A stretch of 64,000 nucleotides of DNA from Lepidodermella squamata. Its lineage: Eukaryota; Animalia; Gastrotricha. Below the pieces are notes generated by a model that saw only the letters and a list, made by a program, of their open reading frames with translations, did no database searches and was not told where the DNA came from. The stretch spans positions 1,550,001 through 1,614,000 of the forward strand of contig JBLDXI010000011.1 of the NCBI GenBank assembly GCA_047495785.1, written 5' to 3'. The position numbers were made by a program, and so were the translations under genes. This document shows, one piece after another, positions 11,466 through 22,273 of this stretch (positions are counted from its first letter, which is position 1; each line of letters begins with the position of its first letter).

Positions 11466-12490
11466 GTTTACGCAGCGCTCACCATTTAACTCGTATTTTT
11501 CTTGCTCTATCTGACTTCACAGGCTTGTCCGGCAGGGACTAAATAATGATGAATCTATACTCGAAAAATAGCGTTATAGAAAATTTAAGTGAAATCAGAA
11601 TTTATTGAAATATGCGCCTCGGTCCATAGCAAAAGCATACGGTTGCCGATTTTCTGACTCATTTCTTAATTTGCGGGATTCAAAATTCGCTTGTCTGGAA
11701 AAAAATTCCACCGTGAAAGGGTTACGCAGAAATCCGTAATAAATATTTGACTAGGCAGGATACAATTATTTCGTACCAGATAGCTTAAAATAGATGACCT
11801 GCTTATTTTTTCTTGCACTTTACAAGTAACAGATACAGTATTTGTTACTATCCTCATTAAATCACTGCTGTATACTTCGCCATCTACGTGGCTGCTCCCT
11901 TTGTTCTTCACGTTAAAAGTAAAAACAAATTACATACAAAGTAACAGATACAGTATTTGTCGCTCTCCCTGTCATATCACTGCTGTACTTCATCATCTAC
12001 GTCGCTGATGATCTCTTTAGTATACAGTGGGTGTTTGGATATCAGCCGCCAGCGATGTAATTAATGCTAGCCCGTTATGAGGTAATTTTCATTTGTTATT
12101 GCCCAGAATAACGTGATTTGGCGCGCTGAAATAGTTGACGTGGATGGTTGTTAATTGCTGCTAAATATAATTAGTGTAATAAAGCATGATATCAAGTTTA
12201 GCCAATATTCAATCGTATCAACTCGAAAAGATGGCAAGAAGAGGCACCAAAGGGAATCATTGGTTCTCGGTTGGGCGAGAGAAAATCCCTTCATTAGAGC
12301 CCTATAGTCCTGATTCTTCGAAGGGTTTGAATTCGAGTGATTTCATGCCTTGAGATACTGCATTCGAATCCTAAGGCTAAGCCGGTGAGGTCGAACCGGT
12401 CGCACACAACAACGTAATTCACCCTATAAAAGGCAATGAATCTGCCATCCTAAGATCATTTCTGCCACTTGAACATTTCTTCACTTGAGA

Positions 12491-13414
12491 ATGATCTTCG
12501 CTAGTTTCGCCGTTTTCCTTGCCGTACTGACGACAGGCAGCGCTTGCCCAGCATCAACGACTCTTGCAACAGCGACTTCAACGCCATGCCCGACTACAAC
12601 AGCTGTTACCGCGGCAACCTGTCCAACTGGTACCAGCTGTGTTTCTACCGCCAACACATGCACGTCGCCAAGCCAATGCGTCCCTTCGGCCCAGGCTTGC
12701 ACTGATCCGCTTAAATCCTGCTCGACTACAGTGAGTGATTGCACAACTGAAGTTTGCATAGTTCGAAATCTTGAATTTTGCAATGCAGCCTATCTACAAC
12801 CTGTGCCAAATCGATACGTCCGGTGGTTCAGGCGTTGGTCAGACGGGGGTGAAATATTGCCTCAGCAACGCTGGAGCCTGCAACCAGTTGACTGGCGGCA
12901 CGGTAGAATCAATTATAGTTCCCAATTCGCTCAATTTATTTGTTGCATATACATAGACAGCAACGGCTCCAACCACCACTTTCTCTACGTTCGCGCTGTG
13001 CTGTGCGGCAACGAACGCCAATGTCTTCTACGACATGGTTACTTTTGCAGGATCGCCTGTAATTTATTCGACGATTTGCGTCGGATCAGCGAGCACAACC
13101 CCATACCCCATATCATCGTCTTCACCCAGTGCCTCAGCTACAACTGGTTCTTGTGTTCGCTTCCCACACACGGGTGGCACGTCAGCCGATGCACTCGTCT
13201 CGAACGGTGCTTTGGTAATAGGATTGCAACATGATATGTGTCCCATTTTTTTAACCAAAATGTACTCTTACAGACCAGAAGAATTAATTCATTTGTGTTC
13301 ACATCCTTTGCTGTCTGCTGCTATGCGCTTGGTGCCGGTCCAACCGCTGCAACGCCAGCAACTCCTGTATCTGTCTACGGACTGATTGTTGAGAAATGCA
13401 GCGGTGGCAACTAG
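12491..13414 (+). CDS. Secreted Cys/Thr-rich family, copy 6 (intact, 250 aa); exons 12491-12730, 12789-12902, 12957-13214, 13274-13414
   Basis: Signal peptide, canonical splice sites, exon sizes 240/114/258/141, TATA at 12425. Confidence 0.9.
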
Positions 13415-15239
13415 AACAAAAGTTTACATCGGGACTCATTGACTAATTAACTCATTGCAGTAGAGATAATAGCTTCATTTTATGATTGACGTATTGCTAA
13501 TGGTTTATTCCGAACAATAGAACACCTGTTGTGCAAATCACCCGCTGAGTTTCCCATCATTATTTATGCATTAATTATTGTCTTATTTCGAATTATAATT
13601 ATGATATAATTAATAAAAAACGTTTTGATGCGCAGATCCTTATTAATATTTCGCCAGAAAAAATTAATCATGGCCATGATGAAAAAGGACGAGGACCGGT
13701 TATAGGCTAATGTCGGCCTACGGAGCAAATTTGATGAAAATAATATATTGCTAGAAAGCCCGGGATGTGCTGAGTACAAATATATGGTCGATAGTTTGGT
13801 CAGGGCTACTTGGGCAGGTGAAACAATTCATCAAAAGTGACTGAAAACGCTAAAATGCCTCAGAAATGGTTATTTCGGACACTTTGATCAATTATTAGGG
13901 GCACAGCCGACTTTCAGTCCTCAATAATTTTTAGACCGATCGGCGCGTTTTGATGGGAAGAATCCAAAAATGCAAGAATTAAACAGGACTGGAAGTCGAC
14001 TGGGGGTCAAAAAGAGAAAAACCGAATTGCGAAAATCGGTTGTTTTCCGAGTCATTTGACCTTGGCATAAATTAATTTTTTTTATTTTTGAATTGGATTT
14101 CAAATTAGCTATATATTTCAGTCTACCTAATGGCATGCTGAAATTAATTAATATTTTGCCGCAGGAAAACGCTAATGAAATCCATGTGACCGGTTTTGAC
14201 GTCAAATAGTATCAACTTTGCCGAATTTTGTAGCCATTACCTGAGCGTTTCGCCGCACCCGGATTTTTTCTACGGTATATGACAGTCATTTCTTAATTAT
14301 TAAAATTAGTTTTAAACTATTTTAGACCTGGGGCGGATTTTACCTACTAACCGGCCCTCGTTCTTTCTCAAATTGTCTGATGAATCATCAATGACAGAAC
14401 AAAAATATTGTTAACCCCAGATTATTTTATGACATCGTGATCAGTGTAAAAGTTGGGCTCAGAGAGTCTCAACCCACAAGTGGTTGCTCACCTGGCGAAA
14501 CAAAAAGCTTGCGGCGTCCCAATTTCAGACAAATTCGATTTGCATAAAAAAAACAAATTTAATTTTGCTCGGCAAGGAGGGATTGCGCCTGAAATTTTCT
14601 GAAATTTTAAATTCCCACCTGAACTAGTTTCAGACACAGGTGAATTTCATCAGTTACGGCCTCCTCCGATTTCCGCAGAAAACATTGATAGCGTGTGCCG
14701 ACTTTAATTATACTCACCTCCAAGTTGATGATCAGTCGAGGTCAGAATAATCACAGCGCCCCGACCTACTTTTATGGCCTGCGCGTGCGCGGGGTCTCAC
14801 TCAAATTACAGCGTGACCTATATGTATTATCATTGCTATTATTGCACGTTTTTTCAAAAAATTCCAGCTCACTGATTTTTCATCAGATTTTCACCGGATA
14901 AAGATTTCCAGATTCAGCGTGACGAGGAGCATTACATCGAATAGTATCAAATTTTTCTAATGAAAAATATTGGAAATATTAAGATGTTAATATTTACCAC
15001 GTACTTACATGTTTGATGAATGACCTGGCACGGTGACCTCTTCTTGCTATAGCAATAATATCGGACACTAATAATATTATATGCGGCATGAAATAAGGAC
15101 AAGCTTGTCCCTATTGTCCCTATACTTTAAAATTAAAATTTAATTTTCTAAATTTCGTAAAAATTATGAAATTTGTTTTCGGAATTCAGCACTAATGAGG
15201 CCATTTTTTGTTATTCTAGATTTTAATATTTTGTGAAAA

Positions 15240-16223
15240 ATGAAGCGCGGTGCGAAATTGCAAGGCGCAAAGCCAGTGAAATGTCCGAAACAAGAGAACG
15301 TCTCGCCATTAATGCAACTACCAGACGATGTATGGTACACTATTTTCTTGAAACTGGACCTAGCTACCTGGAAAAAATGCTCCTCGCTCAGCAGACGATG
15401 GCACTCGCTAATTACTAGCAATGCGCTAATCACCGCTCGTTGTTTACAAGAATTCCCAGGCGCCGATTTCAGTTCGGAAAATCAGGAAAAATTCGGTCAG
15501 CTTGGTCAAATTCTTCGAACTGGCAAGTCGTTGTTCTCGAAAAATGGCCTATCTTTCACGCCGGCACAGTTGAAAAAGGACATTTTCAAACTATCAGGCC
15601 AAGGAACAGGGCCGAAAATGGACGTCGTTGCTGAGAAAATTGGCGGAGTTGCGGATAAAGTTTGGAAATCAAGGCGAGCTCCAAATTTTCAATTCAAGGG
15701 GTCCCATTTTACCTTAATCGATCTAAAGAAGCTCGTCCCGAAATGTCCGTTTCTAAACGATGTTTTGCCCCATTTCGGGTTCCCGTTGATTTTCGGGCCA
15801 TTCAAAGGTCCTAAGTGCGGTTATAGTCTACGATTTTTGGACTCGGATTTGCAGCATTTGGAGCAGAAAATTGATGATAGCTACGACGTGTTTTGCTGTG
15901 TTGACAAAATGCCGCCGAATTGCCGGTATATTTTGGTCGAAAATATGGCCTATTTTCAGACAATTCGAGCTGCTTGGCCGAGCCAGTTTCGAAAATTGAA
16001 ATTCAAGCTGATCGAACTGGGCTTGGAGCGATTGGAGGAAGAACGACGCCGCAATCGAGAGGACTATTATGATGATTCGAATTCGGACGATTTGGAATCG
16101 GATGAGGAGGAAGATGAGGACTATTATGAGCCGTACTATCGCAATTTCGATGAAATTTCGATCGATTCTGACAACGATCCGGGCCCATATTACCCGGGCT
16201 GTTTTGACTATTACGACTATTAA
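15240..16223 (+). CDS. F-box protein 1 (single coding exon, 327 aa), unknown C-terminal domain, acidic tail
   Basis: LMQLPDDVWYTIFLKLDLATWKKCSSLSRRWHSL is an F-box consensus match. The protein is homologous along its length to the two downstream paralogues. Confidence 0.85.
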   Translation: MKRGAKLQGAKPVKCPKQENVSPLMQLPDDVWYTIFLKLDLATWKKCSSLSRRWHSLITSNALITARCLQEFPGADFSSENQEKFGQLGQILRTGKSLFSKNGLSFTPAQLKKDIFKLSGQGTGPKMDVVAEKIGGVADKVWKSRRAPNFQFKGSHFTLIDLKKLVPKCPFLNDVLPHFGFPLIFGPFKGPKCGYSLRFLDSDLQHLEQKIDDSYDVFCCVDKMPPNCRYILVENMAYFQTIRAAWPSQFRKLKFKLIELGLERLEEERRRNREDYYDDSNSDDLESDEEEDEDYYEPYYRNFDEISIDSDNDPGPYYPGCFDYYDY

Positions 16224-16670
16224 ATGGGATTTTTCTATCGATCAACAAATTTGCTATTTGGTTGCACATTTTTGAGTTGATGACTTTCCTATAATTTTGA
16301 AAATGTGTATGTATTAAATAAAATTAAATAATTTTGCTATTTTTTGTTTCTGATGAATAAAACTGTACTATGCAATCAGAATATATGTTTAAGCGCTTCG
16401 AAATCTTGTAAATTTACTTAAAAACTCAGAAAATGTTCAGGATCGGAAGGCAAATTTTTAAATTCTTATACATTTCTTTTAAACAGGATTCAACAATTTT
16501 TCTCGCGTTCTCGAATCGCACTTTTAATGGGTAATCGGAGCGAGACTGTGATTTTTTCGTGAATTTTCTATAAATATTCGAAATATCTGAAAGGTGAAAC
16601 TCTAAAATTATGAGAGGCGAAATCATGTTCAGGTGTGGAAAATCTTGAAAATAATTTGTTTCGAGTCTAG

Positions 16671-16925
16671 TACAGGGTGTCCCACAATTTGCGCACCTAT
16701 TTTCCAATGCGGCAACTTTTTAGGTAGGAAATTAAAATAAGTTTAGTGTAATTTTCAATGTAACCTACTTGAAAACTTCCATTAGAAAAAAAAATTCACC
16801 GGAGAAAACCCGAAAAACTCCGATGGTAACTTGTTTGGTAATTTTCAGTTATTTAACCCGGTTTGATCAAATTTTTCCGGAGATTTTTTACCCAATTAAC
16901 AAGGGACATACAGGTTGTCCCATAA
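16671..16925 (+). mobile_element. Tc1/mariner-like terminal fragments
   Basis: TACAGGGTGTCCCA (16671) and TACAGGTTGTCCCA (~16908) resemble TA-flanked Tc1/mariner TIR starts. No matching opposite end was seen. Confidence 0.3.
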
Positions 16926-17752
16926 GTAACGCAAGCAAGGAAAATACCCAGAAAAGTGATCAGAAACTCTAGAATGAGAGACGAAGTCACATCGCAACGA
17001 GGTAAACGAGGTAAACGGCTAATTTTTCTAATTAAATCGCAAATGGACAAGAATGATTCTGCTGTTTGAATAAAAAAATGGTTTTATTTCTGCACAATTT
17101 AAAAAATTAAAAAATAATTACGAAACAAGAAATGGGTCGTGCTGCATACTATCAGATTGATCTCGGCTCAAGGTCGCCTTATAATATTGAGACCTAAATG
17201 GCTATGATTCTTAGCTTGACTGAGTTTCATCTCTATTTCAGTTCCAAGTTGGGAATTATGATTAGGATTTAGGATCGTTCATATCCCGAATTTCCATAAT
17301 TACCTTATACATGCAGTTTCATTATTACACAAAAAATACTCCTTAAAAATACATCTTCTTGGCGTTCTTCTCATATCAGCGAAACGCTAGGGTGTGACTG
17401 CGCAATGTGTCAGGCCAAAACAGCACGTGATAAGCCGAGGATGACTGATAAAAAATTCCAGGAATCACGGCAAGAAAAAGAGGCAAGGTTGCGCAAATAC
17501 AGAAGATCACCTCGACCTTCTAATACATCATTTTTACAGCTGTAGGCTACGTTATCTACATTTTGTTCAGGAATAATTCCGAGAAATGAATTGTGCTAAA
17601 TATCTATTTTCGATAAGCGTTATTTTGAGGTAATAGAATACTTTGTTTACACAATTTAGCCATACTTCAGATATCTTTTCATGTAAAAGTTCGAAGAGTT
17701 CGAGCATTGGACTATTAAATAAGAAAGGTTCAGCTTATAGGTTGAACTATAG

Positions 17753-19084
17753 ATGGCTCAGCCAACGTCTACTAGCGATCACGTTCCTCCTCAAAATCAA
17801 CAGTCGGGCCCACTCGCTGCCCAGCCTTTCCAACATGTTGTCCAGATGTCACCCTACAAAGGGACCAATCTCGCCAGCAGTAAGCGGATAGAACTGTTGA
17901 AATTCTCCGGAATTCGCGGATCGCCCATGTTCAGGAGCAGAATCCTCGCAATAACGACGAAGGTCCTCAATTGCGGATTCAGTCTTAGCAATACCTTTCT
18001 GATAGTCGGCGTTACTTTAACCTACTTCAACAATTCAGCCTGCTTGATTAACTGCGAAAAATACCGGGAAATAAACAATTATTTCTACTACAAAATATGC
18101 ATTACGGGTTGCTACGATTTGGTTACTCCGATGTGTTGGCCGATTTTCGCGAGTTTCGCCCACAGCTGTTTCGCCTTCGCTCTGGCGCTGAAAGATCGAT
18201 ACGAAACCGAGTCGCAAGTCGTCAACATTCGCAGACTTTACATTCTAGACTCGCTGATACAGATTTCTTCCTTTTTCACCTTTATCTACTTCTTCGTGAC
18301 CAGCGACGAGATCGGCAGGAGTAATGAGTACGATAACTTCTGGCCTGGTTATAGCAGGGACTACCGTGGCGCGTTCGCTCTGTTTGGCGTAGAAATCACC
18401 ATAATAGTGCTTTCAATCTTGTTGCTTGCCATCCATCTAATTGATATCCTCAATCACAAGTGGAAGTACGATAAACGCCGCGATCCGCAACTCCCGTTGA
18501 ATGACGATGTAGCTGTTTACTCCTGCACAATAATAAACGCTAGCTGGACAAAATTCGCACATGTCGTCTTCTGCTTTTTCACTATCGTATTCATGACATA
18601 CTGGGAAGTTTTCACTGATAATTACTACCCTTTCCAGTTTTTGGCAGTTGTACCGTTTCTAGTCTGGCACTTGTGTGTTGTTTTGCTGACAGTGGCTGGG
18701 ACGCAGCATTATCGAACGAATTGCCAATCGCAGACTTCGCTGGCTTTCTTCATCTTTGAAACTTGTGTCTTGATCGTCGTTCTCATTATCAGCTGGATAT
18801 TAGATTTTAATTATGAGGGGACATTGGTTGAACGGATTGTCATTATTCTAATGTTTTTATTCTGGGTATTGGATTTCTGCATGAGGCGCTTTCCCGGGCC
18901 TCGCTGCCGGTGTGTTTCAAGCGATGAGCATGTAAGTCTCGCAGCAGCCTCAACTGTGTTCTTCTCAACGACTGGCGAGCATCTTCAGCAACTATCACCG
19001 CCAACAACTTTGCCACAGGGGGTCCAGGTGGTCATGGGTCATTCTTCCCAGGCAGTTGATCAAGCTGGACCTAGGTCCACTTAG
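17753..19084 (+). CDS. Multi-pass membrane protein, 443 aa, ~8 TM in two similar 4-TM halves (MARVEL-like topology)
   Basis: Uninterrupted ORF with eight hydrophobic segments and P/Q-rich termini. Both halves show TK, H-x-C and (I/L)D motifs. Confidence 0.75.
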   Translation: MAQPTSTSDHVPPQNQQSGPLAAQPFQHVVQMSPYKGTNLASSKRIELLKFSGIRGSPMFRSRILAITTKVLNCGFSLSNTFLIVGVTLTYFNNSACLINCEKYREINNYFYYKICITGCYDLVTPMCWPIFASFAHSCFAFALALKDRYETESQVVNIRRLYILDSLIQISSFFTFIYFFVTSDEIGRSNEYDNFWPGYSRDYRGAFALFGVEITIIVLSILLLAIHLIDILNHKWKYDKRRDPQLPLNDDVAVYSCTIINASWTKFAHVVFCFFTIVFMTYWEVFTDNYYPFQFLAVVPFLVWHLCVVLLTVAGTQHYRTNCQSQTSLAFFIFETCVLIVVLIISWILDFNYEGTLVERIVIILMFLFWVLDFCMRRFPGPRCRCVSSDEHVSLAAASTVFFSTTGEHLQQLSPPTTLPQGVQVVMGHSSQAVDQAGPRST

Positions 19085-20391
19085 GTCCACCTATAATAAT
19101 TGTTCAAATAATCATTCATCAAAGAAATTATTTGGTGAATGGCAGGAGTACAACTAAAAATGGATTAAACAATATTTTGTGGCTTGGGACTATTTCGCAA
19201 ATAAATGAAGTCTGGGCACTTGCACGCACACATTTTAAAGGCGCCCAGTTACATGCCGGATGATCCATATCGCTCTATTTTGTTCGTAGCTTTAACAGCA
19301 TGAGACACACATAATCACACATAATTCATCTATCGAAACTGATCATGCTTTCGTTATCTGAATTTATGCCTTCGGTTCACGCTTAAAAACCGAAGTCCCA
19401 AGTGCAATTTTCCCTGAATTCGATCTTGAAACGGTTTCAAAATTCCGAATTTGGCTCAGGTTGAATCCAAACCTGCTTGGAAATCTTGCCTTCATGGTTC
19501 CAGAGAAAAATTAACAACAATATTCTACAATTTGAACTTGCTGATCTTTGGGTTTTTTAACGTACCTCTCGATTTCAAGCAGTTTCCGCCACGAAATTCG
19601 GCCGTTGATCGAGGCTGTGTTTTAGCGAGAATTCTCGATGGTTGCTGGTTTATTTTAGCCCCGATTTGGGTCATTGGCGAGCAAATTCGATCCGCATCGC
19701 CGAGTCATATCAGAAATTTTCCTTGGAAAAACAGTGTCATGACTTGAATCTATATTGTGCTTTCACGAAAAATGTTGCTGCTTTCGATGCAGGCGATGAA
19801 TTTGTGGATGAAATAAATAATAAACGTGCCGAATACGTTATATGGAATATGGAACTTGAGATGTGACACATTAATTTGTAAGTCTGTACGAGCTGTTATC
19901 GATTCCAAGTATCAATTTTTACAAATCAGTGGTTTTCACTTTAATCTACATCACGAACGAATGCGACGATTTCGAGTAATATTAATTTGAGAATTTTACT
20001 TTATTTTTTTTAATTTAAAATTTAAAATTTAAAACTGAAATAATTTCTCAGTTTTATCGATTTAAATTTTTTTGGAATTTTCAGATTTTTTTAGTACAAA
20101 CTGGAAGTTGAATTATTTCGATTTTCTACAATTTTTATCGATTTTATAGTAATTTTTTGTTATGAATGGGTAAAAATGACGAATGGGTGAAAAACGATTA
20201 GATTTTTTATTTATAATTTGTTCTATACCTCAATTCAAGTATTCATGATAGGTAATCAAGCTCTTTAAAAAATTTATTTAAGCATTTTACCCATTATTTC
20301 TCCGAACCTTCAAATATCCATTATCATAAATCATGAAACGTGGTTTATTTTTAGATTTTTCTTCAAATTTGGGACATTTACTTTGTGTTAA

Positions 20392-21306
20392 ATGAAACGA
20401 CCCTCTCAATCGGTTCGAAATTCTGGTCTAAAGCAGGCAAGACCCACCAGTCCAGCAGCATCCATCAACAATCTTCCGGACGAAATTTTGCTTGAAATTT
20501 TCAAATATCTGGACTTTGACGATTGGCCATTCTGCAATTTGGTCTGCAAAAAATGGCACAAATTGTTTGATGACGACGTGATTTGGATCAGATTTCTCAA
20601 CCACGAATTTCCACCCGAAAAAGTCAACAATTTTCTAGCCTCGAGTTCAACCGCTGTTTCAGACCTTCGAAACTACCTCAAATCGAACCCTCGAATTTTT
20701 TCGTCTTCGGGCATTCAGTTGGAAGAAAGGTCCGAATTCAAGGTCGAGTTAAAACATCGACCTGGCGGAGTCGAAAATATCGACGATTTTCTTCAAGCTC
20801 TTGAAACTTGCCCGAATCAAAGTTGGAGGCCAAAATCGATTGTTTATTTCAAGGAGAATCGAATCGCATATTACTGGCTGGTTGATTTGGCGAAAATTTT
20901 CCCGGAAACTTACGGAAAATTAAGCATTCCTCTTATGATCGGACCTCAACGTGATTGCTCACCTAGGAAAGAATACAAGGGACAATTTCGTTTTTTAGAC
21001 GAAAATTTCAACGATTTGGGGTACGAAGATTCGACGAAGGAACGCGATTTGTACTACTGCATTGGGGTTGGTGATTATTCGCCTGAAGCTCGTTATATCG
21101 TCGCGTGTCATAAGCCTTATTTCAGCCTGATGGCCGTATTTCCGTCGCAAATGATCGATGAAGAAGAGGTGGACGGAATTTATTGCCGTGAAGATTTAAA
21201 TTACTGTTCTGATTTGGAGGAATACTATTCTGAAGATGAAGACGAAGAAGATGAGGAAGAAGAAGAAGAAGAACCTGATGCCGAGGATTATGAAAGCGAA
21301 GAATGA
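20392..21306 (+). CDS. F-box protein 2 (single coding exon, 304 aa)
   Basis: INNLPDEILLEIFKYLDFDDWPFCNLVCKKWHKL is a canonical F-box. Basic N-terminus and poly-E/D tail. Confidence 0.9.
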   Translation: MKRPSQSVRNSGLKQARPTSPAASINNLPDEILLEIFKYLDFDDWPFCNLVCKKWHKLFDDDVIWIRFLNHEFPPEKVNNFLASSSTAVSDLRNYLKSNPRIFSSSGIQLEERSEFKVELKHRPGGVENIDDFLQALETCPNQSWRPKSIVYFKENRIAYYWLVDLAKIFPETYGKLSIPLMIGPQRDCSPRKEYKGQFRFLDENFNDLGYEDSTKERDLYYCIGVGDYSPEARYIVACHKPYFSLMAVFPSQMIDEEEVDGIYCREDLNYCSDLEEYYSEDEDEEDEEEEEEEPDAEDYESEE

Positions 21307-22273
21307 TCAAATATATCTGAATTGTGAATAAGCATGGTTAAAATTAAAATAAATCATTACGTGCAGTTATATATTGTTAAAACTTTGAACGAACCCTGTT
21401 TTTCGAAGCTTGGAAAAAACGAAAAGCTTTTTTTTGTGTCCTTTGTGGCTTGGAAATCAACCTTTGCTCAAATTTTGAGGTACTGAAATTCGACCCTAAT
21501 GCGGTGGAGGTGATATCTGATTTTCCTGCAATTTTTAGGAATTTTCCCATTTTTTCCTGATTTTTCGCAATTTATAACATGTGATGGGCTAAAATGGGAC
21601 ATTAATTAATTTCAAACGCCTGATGAATCATCCAGGCGCTCACCTATATTTTGACCACTGATTTTTTTTTACGGAATCTTGTTTAGTACATTCGAAACCC
21701 CATGGAGATCGATCTATTTCTATCCCTCTCTTGTACCTGTTGGCACATTTTTGAAATCTAATGAAAATGTCCCCGTTTTGGACAAACACCATTTTTTGAA
21801 TTTCTCTCAAAATTATTTTACATGGTTTTTTCGGGGTTTTTTCACATGACCTGATCCGCGTATATCCAGGGAGCAGTTTGACTCCACTCCCGCCGTACCA
21901 GCTCACCTAGTTGGCCAGGTAAATCAATTTGACCTAGTTTCGGACAAACCTATTTTGCGCGAGTTTCACATTTTTAATTTTCAATGTATTGGTATCATTG
22001 GATAGCCCGTGAAATTCTGAGTAATGTATGTCGATTTTCATTACCTGATGTTCCCTATTTTGATCGCAAAGCTGATGTACAACAGCCCTTCGAGTTTCCC
22101 GATTTTTAGATCTTGAAAAATTTGGTTCGAATTCTTCTCAAGTTAGGAACAGATGGCGTAACAGATACAGTTACGTAATGAAAAAACTCTGCATTTTGCA
22201 GTGATCTCTCGTTATTCCTAAATTTCAGTTAATTCAATTTTCCGGTGATTTTTACAAGTTTTGTTGCTTAAAT

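Noticed and set aside
4060-12045. Recurrent GTAACAGATACAGTATTTGT repeats as a CRISPR array
   Set aside because: They are tandem dimers within duplicated eukaryotic upstream regions, with no unique spacers and no cas genes.
12485-13234. 249-aa single ORF (and related 917-1336)
   Set aside because: It runs through introns into a shifted frame. The spliced four-exon model is conserved across paralogues and this frame is not.
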